A DNA stretch of 64,000 bases from Octopus sinensis. Lineage: Eukaryota. Position 1 is the stretch's first letter; each line of letters begins with the position of its first letter. The notes beneath the pieces were generated by a model. The model saw only the letters and a list, made by a program, of their open reading frames with translations, had not been told where the DNA came from and searched no databases. Shown here piece after piece: positions 39,388 to 53,125 of this stretch. The position numbers were made by a program, and so were the translations under genes. Location of the stretch: positions 11,656,001 through 11,720,000 of the forward strand of contig NC_043016.1 in NCBI RefSeq assembly GCF_006345805.1, read 5' to 3'.

Positions 39388-39809
39388 TCTCTTTTACTCT
39401 TTTACTTGTTTCAGTCATTTGACTGTGGCCACACTGGAGCACGACCTTTTAGTCAAGCAAATCGACCCTAGGACTTATTCTTTGTAAGCCTAGTACTTAT
39501 TCTATCAGTTTCTCTTGCTGAACCGCTAAGTTACGGTGATGTAAACCCACCAGCATCGGTTGTCAAGCGATGTTGGGGTGACAGACACAGAAACATAGAT
39601 ACACACACACACACACACATATTTACATATATATATATATATATACGACGTGTTTCTTTCAGTTTCTGTCTACCAAATCCACTCACAAGGCTTTGGTCGG
39701 CCTGAGGCTATAGTAAAAAACACTTGCCCAAGGTGCCATGCAGTGGGACTGAACCCGGAACCATGTGATTCGTAAGCAAGCTACTTACCACACAGCCACT
39801 CCTACGCCT
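39388..39809 (-). mobile_element. SINE family A, full length
   Basis: Reverse complement of family A. Confidence 0.85.
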
Positions 39810-40157
39810 ACTCAGTAACAATAATAAATTCAATTTATCCTCGACAACTTTTAGTTTTTTAGTTTTACCAATTTTGAATATATTGCTCCTGTTTAAAACC
39901 TCTTACTTGATAATTGCATTTCTAGCTCTACCTTGAAGGAAGCTTTACTTCTTGGACACACGTTTTTGTGTCCAAGAATGTTGTTAAACCTCCATTAACA
40001 GCACCATATGCAGGTCTTTTCTGTTTTCTTGAACGCGTGGGTAAATTTTTCACTATAGACTTTAATGGTCATAAAGAAATGGCTGCACACTCCTTAAAAA
40101 ACTAGAACTCCTGAACCAGGTTCTCATCACCAGATGCAGTCTAGAATCAAACACATG

Positions 40158-43006
40158 ACATCATCATCATAATCATCGTTTAACATCTGTTCTCCATGCT
40201 AGCATGGGTTGGACGGTTCGACCGGGGATCTGGGAAGCCAGAAGGCTGCACCAAGCTCCAGTCTGATCTGGCAGTGTTTCTACAGCTGGATGCCCTTCCT
40301 AACGTCAACCACTCCGTGAGTGTAGTGGGTGCTTTTTACGTGCCAGGCAAGGCTGGCAACGGCCACGATCGGATTGGTGCTTTTTACGTGCCACTGGCCC
40401 AGGGATCACAACTACAGTTTCCATTGATTTTTGATGTTGGTGTACTTGACTCAATAGATCTCCACAAGCATATGGTCGAAACAGTGTTTCTTTACTTGCC
40501 ACCTGCACAGGAGTCAGTCCAGTGGCACTGGCAACTGCCGGGTGCCAGTCATAGGATTGGTTCAATTTTGATTCCGGTTTCACTTGCCCCAACAGGTCTT
40601 CACAAGCAGAGTTTAGTGTCCAGTGAAGGAAGGTTGGCATAGGTGCCAGTCATCGTCGGAGGTTCGATTTCGATTTTGACTTCACTTGCCTCAACAGGTC
40701 TTCATGTGTCCAAGGAAGGAAAGGCATGCATAAGTGGGCTGGCGACATCCCTGGCATGGGACATGGGATGGACTCACTTGTCCTGCCGGGTCTTCTCACG
40801 CACGGCACATTTCCAAAGGTCTCGGTCACTAGTCATTGCCTCGGAGAGGCCTAAAGTTCGAAGGTCATGCTTCACCACCTCATCCCAGGTTTTCCTGGGT
40901 CTACCTCTTCCACGGGTTCCCTCAACCGTTAGGGATTGGCACTTTTTCACACACCTATCTTCATCCATTCTTGCCACATGACCATACCAGCACAATCGTC
41001 TCTCTTGCACACCACAGCTGATGCTTCTTAGGTCCAACTTTTCTCTCAAGGTACTTACACTCTGTCGAGTATGTACACTGACATCACACATCCATCGGAG
41101 CATACTGGCTTCATTCCTCGTGAGCTTACGCATATCCTTAGCAGTCACGGCCCATGTTTCACTGCCATGTAGCATGGCTGTTTGTACACATGCGTCATAC
41201 AGTCTGCCTTTTATTCTGAGCGAGAGAGACCTTTAGTCACCAGCAGAGGTATGAGCTCTCTGAACTTTGCTCAGGCTATTCTTACTGTAGCAGTTACACT
41301 TTCAGCACACCCACCCCCGCTATTGACTTGGTCACCTAGATAACAGAAGCTATCAACTACTTCTAGTCTTTCCCCATGGAAAATGACGGAAGTTGTTTTC
41401 TGCAGATTTTCAGTGTTTATTGCTCCTGAGTATCTGCCATATACAAAAACTATCTTCCTAGTTAGCCTTCCTTTGACATTACTGCACCTTTTATGTGTCC
41501 ATAGCTTACACTGGGTACATCTTATTGAGTTTCTACCTACGCCTTTTCTACAGATTGAGCAGGGCCATCTACCTGAAGGCGTTTGTAATTTGTCTACCTT
41601 CCTACTTATTAGGACTTTTGTTTTAGCTAGATTGTCTCTAAGGCCCTTCGATTCTGATCCTTGCTTCCACACCTGAAACTTCTCCAGTTCTGATAGTGAC
41701 TCAGCAATTAGGGCAAGGTCATCAGCATAGAGGAGCTCCCAAGGGCATCCTGTCTTGAATTACTCCGTAATTGCCTGGAGGACTATGATAAATAGGAGGA
41801 GGCTGAGGACTGAACCCTGGTGGACCTCTACCTTGAATTCTTCGGTGAACACGTTGCCAACCCTTACCTTACTTACAGCGTCCCTGTACATGGCTTGCAC
41901 AGCTCTCACTAACCATTCATCTATCCCTAGTTTCCTCATTGACCCACCAGTAAGGGATCAGGAGACCCTGTCGAAAGCTTTCCCCATGTCACGAAAGCCA
42001 GGTACAGGGGCTTATCTTTGGCTAGGTATTTCTCCTGCAGCTGTCTCACCAGAAATATGGCATCAGTGGTGCTTTTCCCTGGCACAAAACCAAACTGCAT
42101 CTCGTCCAAGTTGACTCTCTCCCTGATCAGTTGGGCTATGACCCTCTCCATAAACTTCATTACCTGATCCAACAGCTTGATACCTCTGTAATTATTTGTA
42201 TCTAATGCGTCACCTTTACCTTTGTAGCAGTTGACTATTATGCTGCTACACCAGTTTTTGGGTATGACTCCTTTGTGTATCACCTGGTTAACTATACAGG
42301 TGACTAGGCTATAGCCAACACTGTCAGATATTTTGAGCATCTCAGCAATAATTCCTGATGGGCCTGGGGCTTTCCCTGTCTTCATGATTCTAATTGCCTT
42401 AACTACCATGGAACTGTCAACTCGGATAGCTGGTCCCTCTATTGGGTCGACATTCGGCAGACTCTCTTTATCCCATTCATTTTCTTTATTCAGCAACCTT
42501 TCATAGTGGCATCTCCAAACCTCTCTCTTTGCATCCTCATTTAGCGCAAGTGAACCATCATCCATGCGAACACATTTCTCTCCTACCACATCAGGATTCT
42601 CTCTCACACACTGTCTTGCAACATGAAATACCTCAAGTCTTTGGACCTCACGGTGCAGAACATTGGCAAATTTTTTCTTATCTGCTTCCCCTCTGGCTAA
42701 ATAAACCTGTCTCCTAGTTTCCCTTCTGGCAGTCTGATATAGTTCCCTGCTACCACCGTTCTTCCAGTCCTTCAAAGCCTGTTTCTTTTGTCTAATAGCC
42801 CTGTCAACCACATTGTTCCACCACCATGTTACCTTGGGTCAATGTGGGACTTTGCACCAGCTACAGATCTGGTCAGTGACTCTCAGCAGGTTGTCCCTTA
42901 GAAACTTCCAGTTGTCTTCCACATTATGTGGTGCTATATCCCCTTCTATTTCATCAAAGGCTTTAAGTAATACGTTTCTAAATCTCTGCCCATTTGCAGG
43001 ATCTTA
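40158..43006 (-). mobile_element. 5'-truncated RTE-clade LINE of the same family, frameshifted
   Basis: GKAPGPSGI, NYRGIKLL, QFGFVPGKSTTDAIF, YADDL, RGRGRPRKTWDEVVKHD. Colinear with the 46880 copy but with no endonuclease domain. Confidence 0.93.
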
Positions 43007-43225
43007 TATATATATATATGCAGAAACTGTTATAATTTTGAATAATTTGTTGACTTTAATTTACTTTATTAAATGAAATTTTTTTTTGAAGTCATTATTT
43101 GAGCTGCTGCTTCTGTTCATTTACATCAAACAAAAAGTTTCAATGTTTGAAGAATGCAGAAATGTGTAACAATTAAAGCTATAAAAGGGGTGCTTATCAT
43201 TTCCTTTTGATTCTTGGAGAATATG

Positions 43226-43257
<32 letters not shown>

Positions 43258-44394
43258 AGTATTAGTGGTGTTAGTAGAAGGCGAGATATTTTTTTATAGA
43301 AATTTGTTTTTACTGCTTCAACATTCAGTTGTCTTCATTTAATTTCCACTTTTTCATACCTGCATGGGGCAGATTTTTCTATGACTGGATGCCCTTCCTG
43401 TTGCCAATCTTCACCTGTTTCCAAGCAAGATAATGTCTCCCAAGGGTTAGATATGTTTTTCATGGAAGATTGGAAACGGAAGACACTGCTTCTATGAAGG
43501 TGTTGCTTGTTTTACAACCATCACACAATGTCAAGACAGAGTGTAAACAAGCATGCGCACACACACACACACACTTTATCTTCTCAATTTAACGTTGCTT
43601 TTCCCATCCTGGCTTGAATGGTCATTTCAACATGAATTGACATGTGAGGGTGCTACACTGAGCCCCAATGCCTGCTTTGTCATGATTTCTACAGTTGGAT
43701 GCCCTTCCTAATGCCAACCACTTAACAGGGTGAGCTGGGTACTTTATTTTGTGCCACTGGAACTGATGGGTTCACCAAATAAATACTCACAAGACTGAGT
43801 GGGGTATAGAACTGGGGGGATGAGAAACAAGGATTGTGGGATAAAAAAAAGTTGATGTCTTGCTGAAGAGGTGACTTACATATCTTGTATTCAGAGAGAG
43901 ATGTGAGATGAAAGTACAAAAGAAATGTGAAAGACAATAAGATAGAGGGACAGAAAAGGTAGATGGGTAGGTAAGTGTGCTAGAGTGGGAGTATATGCAC
44001 ACAATGAGCTTCTTTCAGTTTCCATCTGCCAAATCCATTTACAGAATACTGGTTGTATTAAAATTACTATTAATGAGGATTTCTGAATGTTTCTTCCTTT
44101 CTTCACAACAGTTGGTTTTGAAAAACCCATCTGATTACTTCCTTCTTTACACTGGTTCAGCTAATCTTCTGAAATCCATCTTCTTACTTTCAACATCAGG
44201 AAAACCTTCACATAAAATTGGTAGCCTCTAGATTATGTCCTTAACGTTAAACATCAAAGTAAGAATTATATAATTATTGGTTCATTTCTGAAAGTAGTCA
44301 TGGAATCTTTTCTAATGCTTAATTGCCAACATTTCATGTGTTTTCCAAGGACTTCTAAAAGTTCCTTTTCTCCTCTCCATTGTCTTGTCTTGTC

Positions 44395-44437
44395 TTCTCT
44401 CTCTCTCTCCCTCCCTCTCTCCCCTTCTCTCTCTATC

Positions 44438-44521
<84 letters not shown>

Positions 44522-44530
44522 TCTCTCCCC
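44395..44530. repeat. (CT)n microsatellite
   Basis: Direct reading. Confidence 0.95.
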
Positions 44531-44584
44531 CCTACTGGTACATAATTTATCAACCCCGAAAGAACCCAGAGCATAAGACAGATG

Positions 44585-44799
44585 AAATACCTATTTCTTT
44601 ACTACCCACAAGGAGACAGACAAGCGGATTAAGTCGATTATATCAACCCCAGTGCATAACTAGTACTTAATTTATCAACCCTGAAAGGATGAAAGGCAAG
44701 TTGACCTCGGCAGAATTTGAACTCAGAACATAACAGCCAACGAAATACGGCTACGCATTTCGCCCAGTGTGCTAACGTTTCTGCCAGCTCACCGCCTTA
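44585..44799 (-). mobile_element. SINE family B
   Basis: Colinear with the 4452 copy. Confidence 0.8.
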
Positions 44800-45670
44800 A
44801 ACAGCAGTTGATATTAAATAAATATTAGGGTCAGTTTAATGTGACCAAGTAAAGCCATTGAAGGCAGTGTACAAGCATTCCTACAGTCCAGTGACTGAAC
44901 GGGATAAGAAAGTAAACATTCAAATTCTTCATGGTTTTCATGAGGAGGAAAGTGATGCACCTATAAAACTGATATCAGTCTCTTGTAGACTAACCTTGGT
45001 GAAGTTAGTTTTCAGCAATTGATACAACTTGGCACTGGTGCTGTTACAGATGAAATCAAAATGTCTGTCCAATGCTCTACCAGTCCACAGCCCTCCACTG
45101 GTGCTTTTTAAAAAAAAAATTTTTTTTCTTTATCCTACCCTTGGGCAGAGCCCATTACAGCACAGGGAGGTGCTGTCTAAAGTATCTGTGTGTATGTGTA
45201 GTAGCAACATGACTGTCATGGCTGTGAGAGCACTATACTATTTGTAAGCTTCACCTGACATATGTGGAGGGTCAATAATGAATGGGAGCTGAAGTATCTT
45301 GGGGCCCTGAAAAGAAACACCAGTTGTTCTGTATGTGCTTTTTGCTAAGAGGAATCCCCAATAGTAGTAGTGAGGCCCAATTTTTTTTTTTTTTTAATGT
45401 ATAGAATTTGTATGTTCTTACTGTTGAAAGGGAACAAGACTGGCGTATCTCCATCAGAAGATGCTTTCCAGTTCTTTGCTTATATATGGTTTACTAGTTT
45501 ATATAGCACTAGTTGCTATGCTAGGGTGAGCAGACACTCAATAGATCCTGGAATTGTTTGCCAAGTTTTAAATGGCTGTGTCTGCGTGGTAAGAAGTTTG
45601 CTTCTCAAACCCTAAAATCCCTTACCCTAGTGTGGCCACAGTTCAGTGATTGAAACAAGTAAAGGATATA

Positions 45671-45881
45671 TTCTTTTACTTGTTTCAGTGATTTGACTGC
45701 GGCCATGCTGGAGCACCGCCTTTAATCAAGCAACTCGACCCCGGGACTTATTCTTTTTGTAAGCCCAGTACTTATTCTATCGGTCTCTTTTGCCGAACCG
45801 CTAAGTGACGGGGACATAAACACACAAGCATCGGTTGTCAAGCAATGCTAGGGGACAAACACAGACACACAAACACACACA

Positions 45882-45918
<37 letters not shown>

Positions 45919-46079
45919 CGGGCTTCTTTCAGTTTCCGTCTACCAAATCCACTCAAAAAGCTTTGGTCGGCCTGGGGCTATAGCAGAAGACACTTGCCCA
46001 AGTTGCCACGCAGTGGGACTGAACCCGGAACCATGTGGTTGGTAGACAAGCTACTTACCACACAGTCACTCCTGGGCCT
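45671..46079 (-). mobile_element. SINE family A, full length
   Basis: Reverse complement of family A. Confidence 0.85.
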
Positions 46080-46879
46080 ATATAATTATAAATAATTATC
46101 CAGATACATATTCAGTATGTGAAAGTACAGTTATTAGAGCGTCAGACAGTGAGTTCAATTCCCAGACCGGGCAGTGTGTGTTGTGTTCTTGAGCAAGATA
46201 TTTCATTTCACATCGCTTCAGTTCACACAGCTGTAGAAATTAACTGTAACATCGGTGGCATGGAGAGTGCAGGCTGGTATGCATGGATGACTGTTGGTCT
46301 TACTTAACCAACCTTGCTGGACTTGTGCCTCGGAGGGTAACTTTCTAGATGCAGTCCCATGGTCATTCATGATTGGAGGAGGGTCGTTACCCTTCACCTT
46401 TTTACATATTCAGCTACATAAGGCAGTGAGTGAGCTGGAAGAACCATTGGCGCGTCATACAAAATGCTTTGCAGTATTTTATTCATCTTTACATCCGGAC
46501 CTCAAATTCCACTAAGGTTGACTTTGCCTTTCATCCTTTGGGAGAAGGGGACTATAAAATAACAGCTAGTTGAGTACAGGGTTGATGTAATCAACTATCC
46601 CCCTCCCCTCAAAAACTGCTGGCACTGCCAAAATTTGAAACCATTATTATTCAATTACATATATCTTTGAGTTGAGAAGGGAAACTGGGAAAACAAGTTT
46701 GTTGTAAGTTAATAAAATAAGTTTATTAAGTAGAGAGAGAGAGAGAGACCTTTCAAAAGCCTGAGGTCCATAAGAAAATTCATTTGAGTAAAATGGAGTT
46801 CTTGGTAGTGTAAAAATTTGGGAATTATTGTCAGATGGTAAAGCTTTGGCAATAAAGCATCGTAATATAACTCAAAAAA

Positions 46880-49800
46880 TCATCATCATCATCATCATCA
46901 TTTAGCGTCCGTTTTCCATGCTAGCATGGGTTGGACGGTTCTACTGGGGTCTGTGAAGCCAGAAGGCTTCATCAGGCCCAGTCAAATCTGGCAGTGTTTC
47001 TACGGCTGGATGCCCTTCCTAACGCCAACCACTCCGTGAGTGTAGTGGGTGCTTTTTACGTGCCACCCGCACTGGTGCCAGACAGAGCTGGCAAACGGCA
47101 CGAACGGATGGTGCTTTTATGTGCCACCGGCACGAGGGCCAGGCGAGGCTGGCAACGGACACGAAACGGGGCGGTGCTGGCAACGGTCGCGAAACGGAAA
47201 GTTCTCTTACATGCCACCGACACTGGTAACACATCTGCATTTTCCATTGATCGATTTCGATTCTGATCCTCACTTGCCTCAATGGGTCTTCACAAGCAGA
47301 GTTTCGACATGCCACCGGCACTGGTAGCACATCCGCAATTTCCATTGATCGATTTCGATTCTGATCCTCACTTGCCTCAACACGTCTTCACAAGTAGAGT
47401 TTTGTGTCCCAAGAAGGGAAGGTATGCATACGTAGGCTGGCTCCATCCCATGTAGAAGGCCACGGGTTGTGGACTCACTTGTCCTACCGGGTCTTCTCGC
47501 GCACAGCACACTTCCAGAGGTCTCGGTCTCTAGTCATTTCCTCAGTGAGACCTAAAGTTCGAAGGTCGTGCTTCACCACCTCGTCCCAGGTTTTCCTGGG
47601 TCTGCTTCTTCCACAGGTTCCCTCAACCGCTAGGGTGTGGCACTTTTTCACACAACTATCTTCATCCATTCTCGCCACATGACCATACCAGCGCAAACGT
47701 CTCTCTTGCACACCAAACTGATGCTTCTTAGGTCCAGCTTTTCTCTCAAGGTACTTACACTCTGCCGAGTGTGAGTACCGGCATTACACATCCATCGGAG
47801 CATACTTCATTTCTAGCGAGCTTACGCATATCCTCAGCAGTCACGGCCCATGTTTCACTGCCATGTAGCATGGCTGTTCGTACACACGCATCATACAGTC
47901 TGCCTTTCACTCTGTGCGAGAGGCCTTTTGTCACCAGCAGAGGTAAGAGCTCTCTGAACTTTGCCCAAGCTATTCTTACTGTAGCAGTTACACTTTCAGC
48001 ACACCCACCCCCGCTGCTGACTTGGTCACCTAGGTAACGGAAACTATCAACTATTTCTAGTTTTTCTCCCTGGAAAGTGACGGAAGTTGGTCTCAGAGCA
48101 TTTTCCAGTGTTTATTGTTCCTGAGCATCTGCCACATGCAAAAACCATCTTCCTAGTTAGCCTTCCTTTGACATTGCTGCATCTCTTATGTGTCCATAGC
48201 TTACACTTGGTGCATCTTATAGAGTTTCTACCTACACCTTTTCTACAGATCGAGCAGGGCCATCTACCTGAAGGTGTTTGTGATTTGTCTACCTTCCTAC
48301 TGATTACGACTTTGGTTTTAGCTAGATTGACTCTGAGGCCCTTCGATTCTAATCCTTGTTTCCACACCTGAAACTTCTCCTCCAGTTCTGATAGCGACTC
48401 AGCAATTAGAGCAAGGTCATCAGCATAGAGGAGCTCCCAAGGGCATCTTGTCTTGAATTCTCCGTTATTGCCTGGAGGACTAAGATAAATAGGAGGGGGC
48501 TGAGTACTGAGCCTTGGTGGACCCTAACCTCTACCCGGAATTTTAATCTCCAACTATTACTACTATCCTACACTCTACCCGACACGCTCTCCTACTAGTC
48601 CCATACATCCCAGCTCTCACTAACCATCACTATCTTGTTTTCTCATTGCCCACCAGATAAGGGATCGGGGGACCCTGTCAAAGGCTTTCTCCATGTCAAC
48701 AAAAGCCAGGTACAGGGGCTTATCTTTGGCTAGGTATTTCTCCTGCAGCTGCCTTACCAGGAATATAGCATCAGTAGTACTTTTCCCTGGCACAAACCCA
48801 AACTGCATCTCATCTAAACTAACTCTCTCTCAATTAGTTGGGCTATGACCCTCTCCGTAACCTTCATCACCTGGTCCAACAGCTTGATACCTCTGTAGTT
48901 ATTTGTATCTAGGGCATCACCTTTACCTTTGTAGCAGTTGACTATTATACTGCTACACCAGTCATTGGGTATGACCCCTTTGTGTATCACCTGATTAACT
49001 ATATGGGTGACTAGGCTATAGCCGACACTACCAGACATTTTGAGCATCTCTGCAGTGATCCTGATGGGCCTGGGGCTTTCCCTGTCTTCATGCTTCTAAT
49101 TGCCTTAGCTACCACAGAACTATCAACTCGGATAGCTGGTCCCTCTGTTGGGTCAACATTCGGCAGACTCTCTTTATCCCATCATTTTCTTCATTCAGCA
49201 ACCTTTCATAGTGGCATCTCCAGACCTCTCTCTTTGCATCCTCATTTAGCACAAGTGAACCATCTTCCATGCGAACACACTTCTCTCCTACCACATCACG
49301 ATTCTCTCTCACACACTGTCTTGCAACACGAAACACCTCCAGTCTTTGGTCCTCACGGCGCAGAACATTGGCAAATTTTTTCTTATCTGCTTCCCTCTGG
49401 CTAAATAAACCTGTCTCCTAGCTTCTCTTTTGGCAGTCTGATACAATTCCCTGCTACCCCCATTTTTCCAGACCTTCCAAGCCTGTCTCTTTTCTCTAAT
49501 AGCCCTGTCTACAATATTGTTCCACCACCACGTTATTCTAGGTCGAGAGGGGACTTTGCACCAGCCACAGATCTGGTCAGTGGCTCTCAGCAGGTTGTCC
49601 CTTAGAAACGTCCAGCTGTCTTCTACCCCCTGTGATGCTCTATCCCCTTCTACTTCGTCAGAGGCTTCAAGTAATATGTCCCTAAATCTCTGTCCATTTG
49701 CAGGATCTTTAAGCTTCCAGATCCTTCTTCTCCATATTTGTCGTCTTCTGGTTGTCCTCCTAGTCCTGATCCTAAAGTCACTAACTACCAGTCTATGTTG

Positions 49801-50600
49801 TGGGGTACATTCTTCACCTGGGAAGGTTTGGCATTTATAAGCAGCCATCTCTCCCTTTGCCTTGTAAGGATGTAGTCAATTTGGCTGGTATGTTGGCCCG
49901 ATTGGTAAGTGACTAGGTGGCTGGTAGGTTTCCTGAAGTTAGTGTTGCAAATCAGAAGATTATTTGCATCGCAGAACTCCAGCAGCCTGGTTCCCTCCTC
50001 GTTGCGGGAGCCATAGCCATAGCCTCCATGTACGCCATGGAAGCCCCCAGCATGTCGTCCAACGTGACCATTGAAGTCACCAGCCACAAAGATAAGGTCT
50101 CTGTCGTTCGTCAATGAGGTAGTCTGCAGTAGAGTGTCATAGAATCGATCTTTCTGTCCATCGGGTAGCCCCGACTGAGGAGCATAGGCTGATATAATGG
50201 TTGCTAAACTATGATGAAGCACTAATCTAATCTTAAGTATTCTGTCACTTACTCTGATTACCTCAATTACTTTATCTACCCATTTCTCAGCGATAAGTAT
50301 ACCCACGCCACCAACCCCGTCAGTGTTCCCTGCCCAGAAAATCTTGTACCTGCGTTCCTTGCCTGTGAGGAACCTAGCTGATCCTCCTCTCCACCTTATT
50401 TCTTGCATGCAACATATATCCACACATCTCCGTTCAAGCATCTCGACTATCTCACCAGACCTACCTTTCAGAGTGCCAACGTTGAGGGTGCCAACCCTGA
50501 GGGTGTGGAAGGCATGGCTCTAGAGACCCTGGGACGGTGGACAGTAGCTTCGTGTACCTGAAAAGAAAGCTCGCATTTGGCAGAATTCATGTGCAAGAAA
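46880..50600 (-). mobile_element. Near full-length RTE-clade LINE, frameshifted (APE endonuclease, RT, PHD-type finger, long 3' UTR, (GAT)n tail)
   Basis: Minus-strand ORF pieces: TLNVGTL, QEIRW, GDFNGH, IDYIL (APE); NYRGIKLL, QFGFVPGKSTTDAIF, FVDMEKAFDRV, YADDL (RT); RGRPRKTW-like C-terminus; catcat tail at about 46880-46900. Confidence 0.93.
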
Positions 50601-51659
50601 TGAAGTAGTAAAGTAGCCTTCAGTACAACCTGCATAACGCTAGCCTTTCATATTTTGCACTGTATGAACATTACCTTACATAGGTCGAGACTAGGGGTAG
50701 GGGTGGTGAGAGCATTTGCAGTCTTCATGGGAAGCAACCCCGGGATGGAAGAGAATAGGAACTTCCGGCATGCGTGGTGGGGTGGGAGGGCGGGTGCACC
50801 GTAGCTGAGTAAAGAGGTTCTGTTAATCGTGAGCTAGCAAATGGGTTTGTATGAATCGGGAGACAATACTAAACGAAAAATTGAAAAATTAGAGTGGCTA
50901 TGAACCTGGAGACAAGTCTAAACGAAAAAAAAAAATGTTTGAGCTAGACAGGGTAATGAGGGAATACTGAAAGAATGAGGGACAATACAATGAGATGGAA
51001 ATTGAAGAATAGAGAAAGAATAAGGATAAGTGCAAGAAAGAAGGTAGTCGTAGCGAGGTTGGACGATTCACTTAACTTTTAGCCATTCATGATCTGTGCG
51101 TATTCTTTAGATATTTTGAAGCGAGTGGGGTTAACGATAAATGCGATCGCTCTTTTATGTATGGCGATGATGGTTTTGGGGAGGGGGGGGGGCATAGAGG
51201 ACCATGGCGATGATGGTTATGGGAAGGGGGGACATAGCGAGAGAGAGATAGGGTTAGTTAGAGAGAGAGGTCAAGGGACACGTGACAATAAGCGGTGTGA
51301 GGGAATTTGACTGGGGACGGCATTGTCGATAAATAAACATTAGATAAATAGGTTTGAAAATCAGAAAAATCAGAGGGAATATCATTATTGATAGCTAATA
51401 TAACACCGTAGCTGAGTAAAGAGGATTCTGTTAATCGTGAGCTAGCAAATGGGTTTGTATGAATCGGGAGACAATACTAAACGAAAAATACATAAACGAG
51501 TGTGTATGTATTTTTAATCGACAGAAGTTACAGAGTAATTAACCAAAAGTTTTGTGGATCAGAACTCAGAAAACTCTCAGCCCGATTAAAAAATTATTTA
51601 AAATTCTGTATGGTATAAATAGGTTTGTAATAAAAACTGGAAAATAGAACTTGAATCGT

Positions 51660-51703
<44 letters not shown>

Positions 51704-51740
51704 TTTATTTAAAGCAGTTTTTGTTAGAATCTAACAAAAA

Positions 51741-51778
51741 CTGTCCGATAAACGGCAATGGGAAACTCAGAGTAACAG
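51741..51778 (+). ncRNA. Degenerate hammerhead-like fold (predicted)
   Basis: ctgt-CCGATAA-a-cg-GCAA-tg-g-GAAA-ctcagag-T-A-acag. Two core deviations. Confidence 0.45.
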
Positions 51779-52022
51779 GTTTTGTTGAATTTTCTGCTGC
51801 TTTAAATAAAGCATATTACTCTACCACTGGTATTTGAGTACTCTTTTTTCCACATTTATGTGTTTACTCCGGTATATATATATATATTATATATATATAT
51901 TATATATATATATATAATAATAATAAATATTAGGGAATAAATCCAATATTAAAATTTTATGTATTGATTAAGTCTTTCCTTGTTTGTTTTGCAAAATAGT
52001 GGTTTTGTCTTGAATTAATATT

Positions 52023-52067
<45 letters not shown>

Positions 52068-53125
52068 TCATCATCGTTTAACATACATGTATATGTATAT
52101 ATATATTTACTCATTATTAATTGGAATTGATAAGTTCCAATGCACAAAATTCTCAGTACTTCAGTAATTATTCTGTAAACTGCCGCTTATTGAAAAAAAA
52201 AAAAACATGCTATGTGATACAATTATTTGTGTGTCATTCTGACCCATAAAATCAAATTCGTTTAATGCCAGAGAAAATGCTTTGCAGTATTTTATATTCA
52301 GTCAAAAATCCTGTTGAGATCAATTTTGCCTTTTGTCTCCCTAGGGTCAGTAATGGAAAGTATGAACCTAAGTATTGGGGTCAAGTAAATCAACTGACTC
52401 CCTACGTCCCCTAAAATTACTGATTTCATCTGTATTTAGACAATTTTTTTTTAAATGAAGTTTTCAATTTTTTTTTTTTTTCTGAAGATGTGTTTAAAAT
52501 TGTTTTTTCTTCAATATTTAAGCTATTTAGTTCTTTAGCTTTCGGCATTTAACCCTTTTACTATGATGGCTTTAGAAACACTATAGGATAATCGTGAAAA
52601 ATAATAGAAGAGTGTTATGTTTTTTGGTCCATAGTTTGGAGCTTCATTGATAAACCCTTTATGTATTTAATTATGTCATCACCCAGTATTTAGCTTGACA
52701 GAGCTATTAATTTTATCAATGAGGGTTCTAATGATGAAGAATCAATAAATGATCATGTAATTATATCAAACTATAAAGGTTTTCTTTTGTTTTTTTAAGT
52801 GGGGGTTTTGCCAGCTAATCAAATTTTTTTTTTTTTTTTGTTCAGATGTTATTGATTTACCTGGGTTTGAATTTCTATTAACTCTCTCTCTCTCTTTCTC
52901 TGTTTGTCTATCTCTCCCAACCTATCTGTTTATCTATCTGTCTTTCTTTCTTTTCTGTTTGTGCCAATAAGATTATTAGAAACTGTATAATTTATCTGTG
53001 ACTGAATGTTCCCTTTTTTTTTTTGTCTTAATGCCAAACAAACGAAATCACCATCACCACCACCATCATCATCATCATCTATAAAAGCATTGAGCTGGTA
53101 GTGTTATTGAAGTATCAGATAAAAT

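Noticed and set aside
50560-50800. HDV-like ribozyme in the RTE 5' UTR (known in some RTEs)
   Set aside because: I could not build the nested double pseudoknot by eye; a descriptor search is needed.
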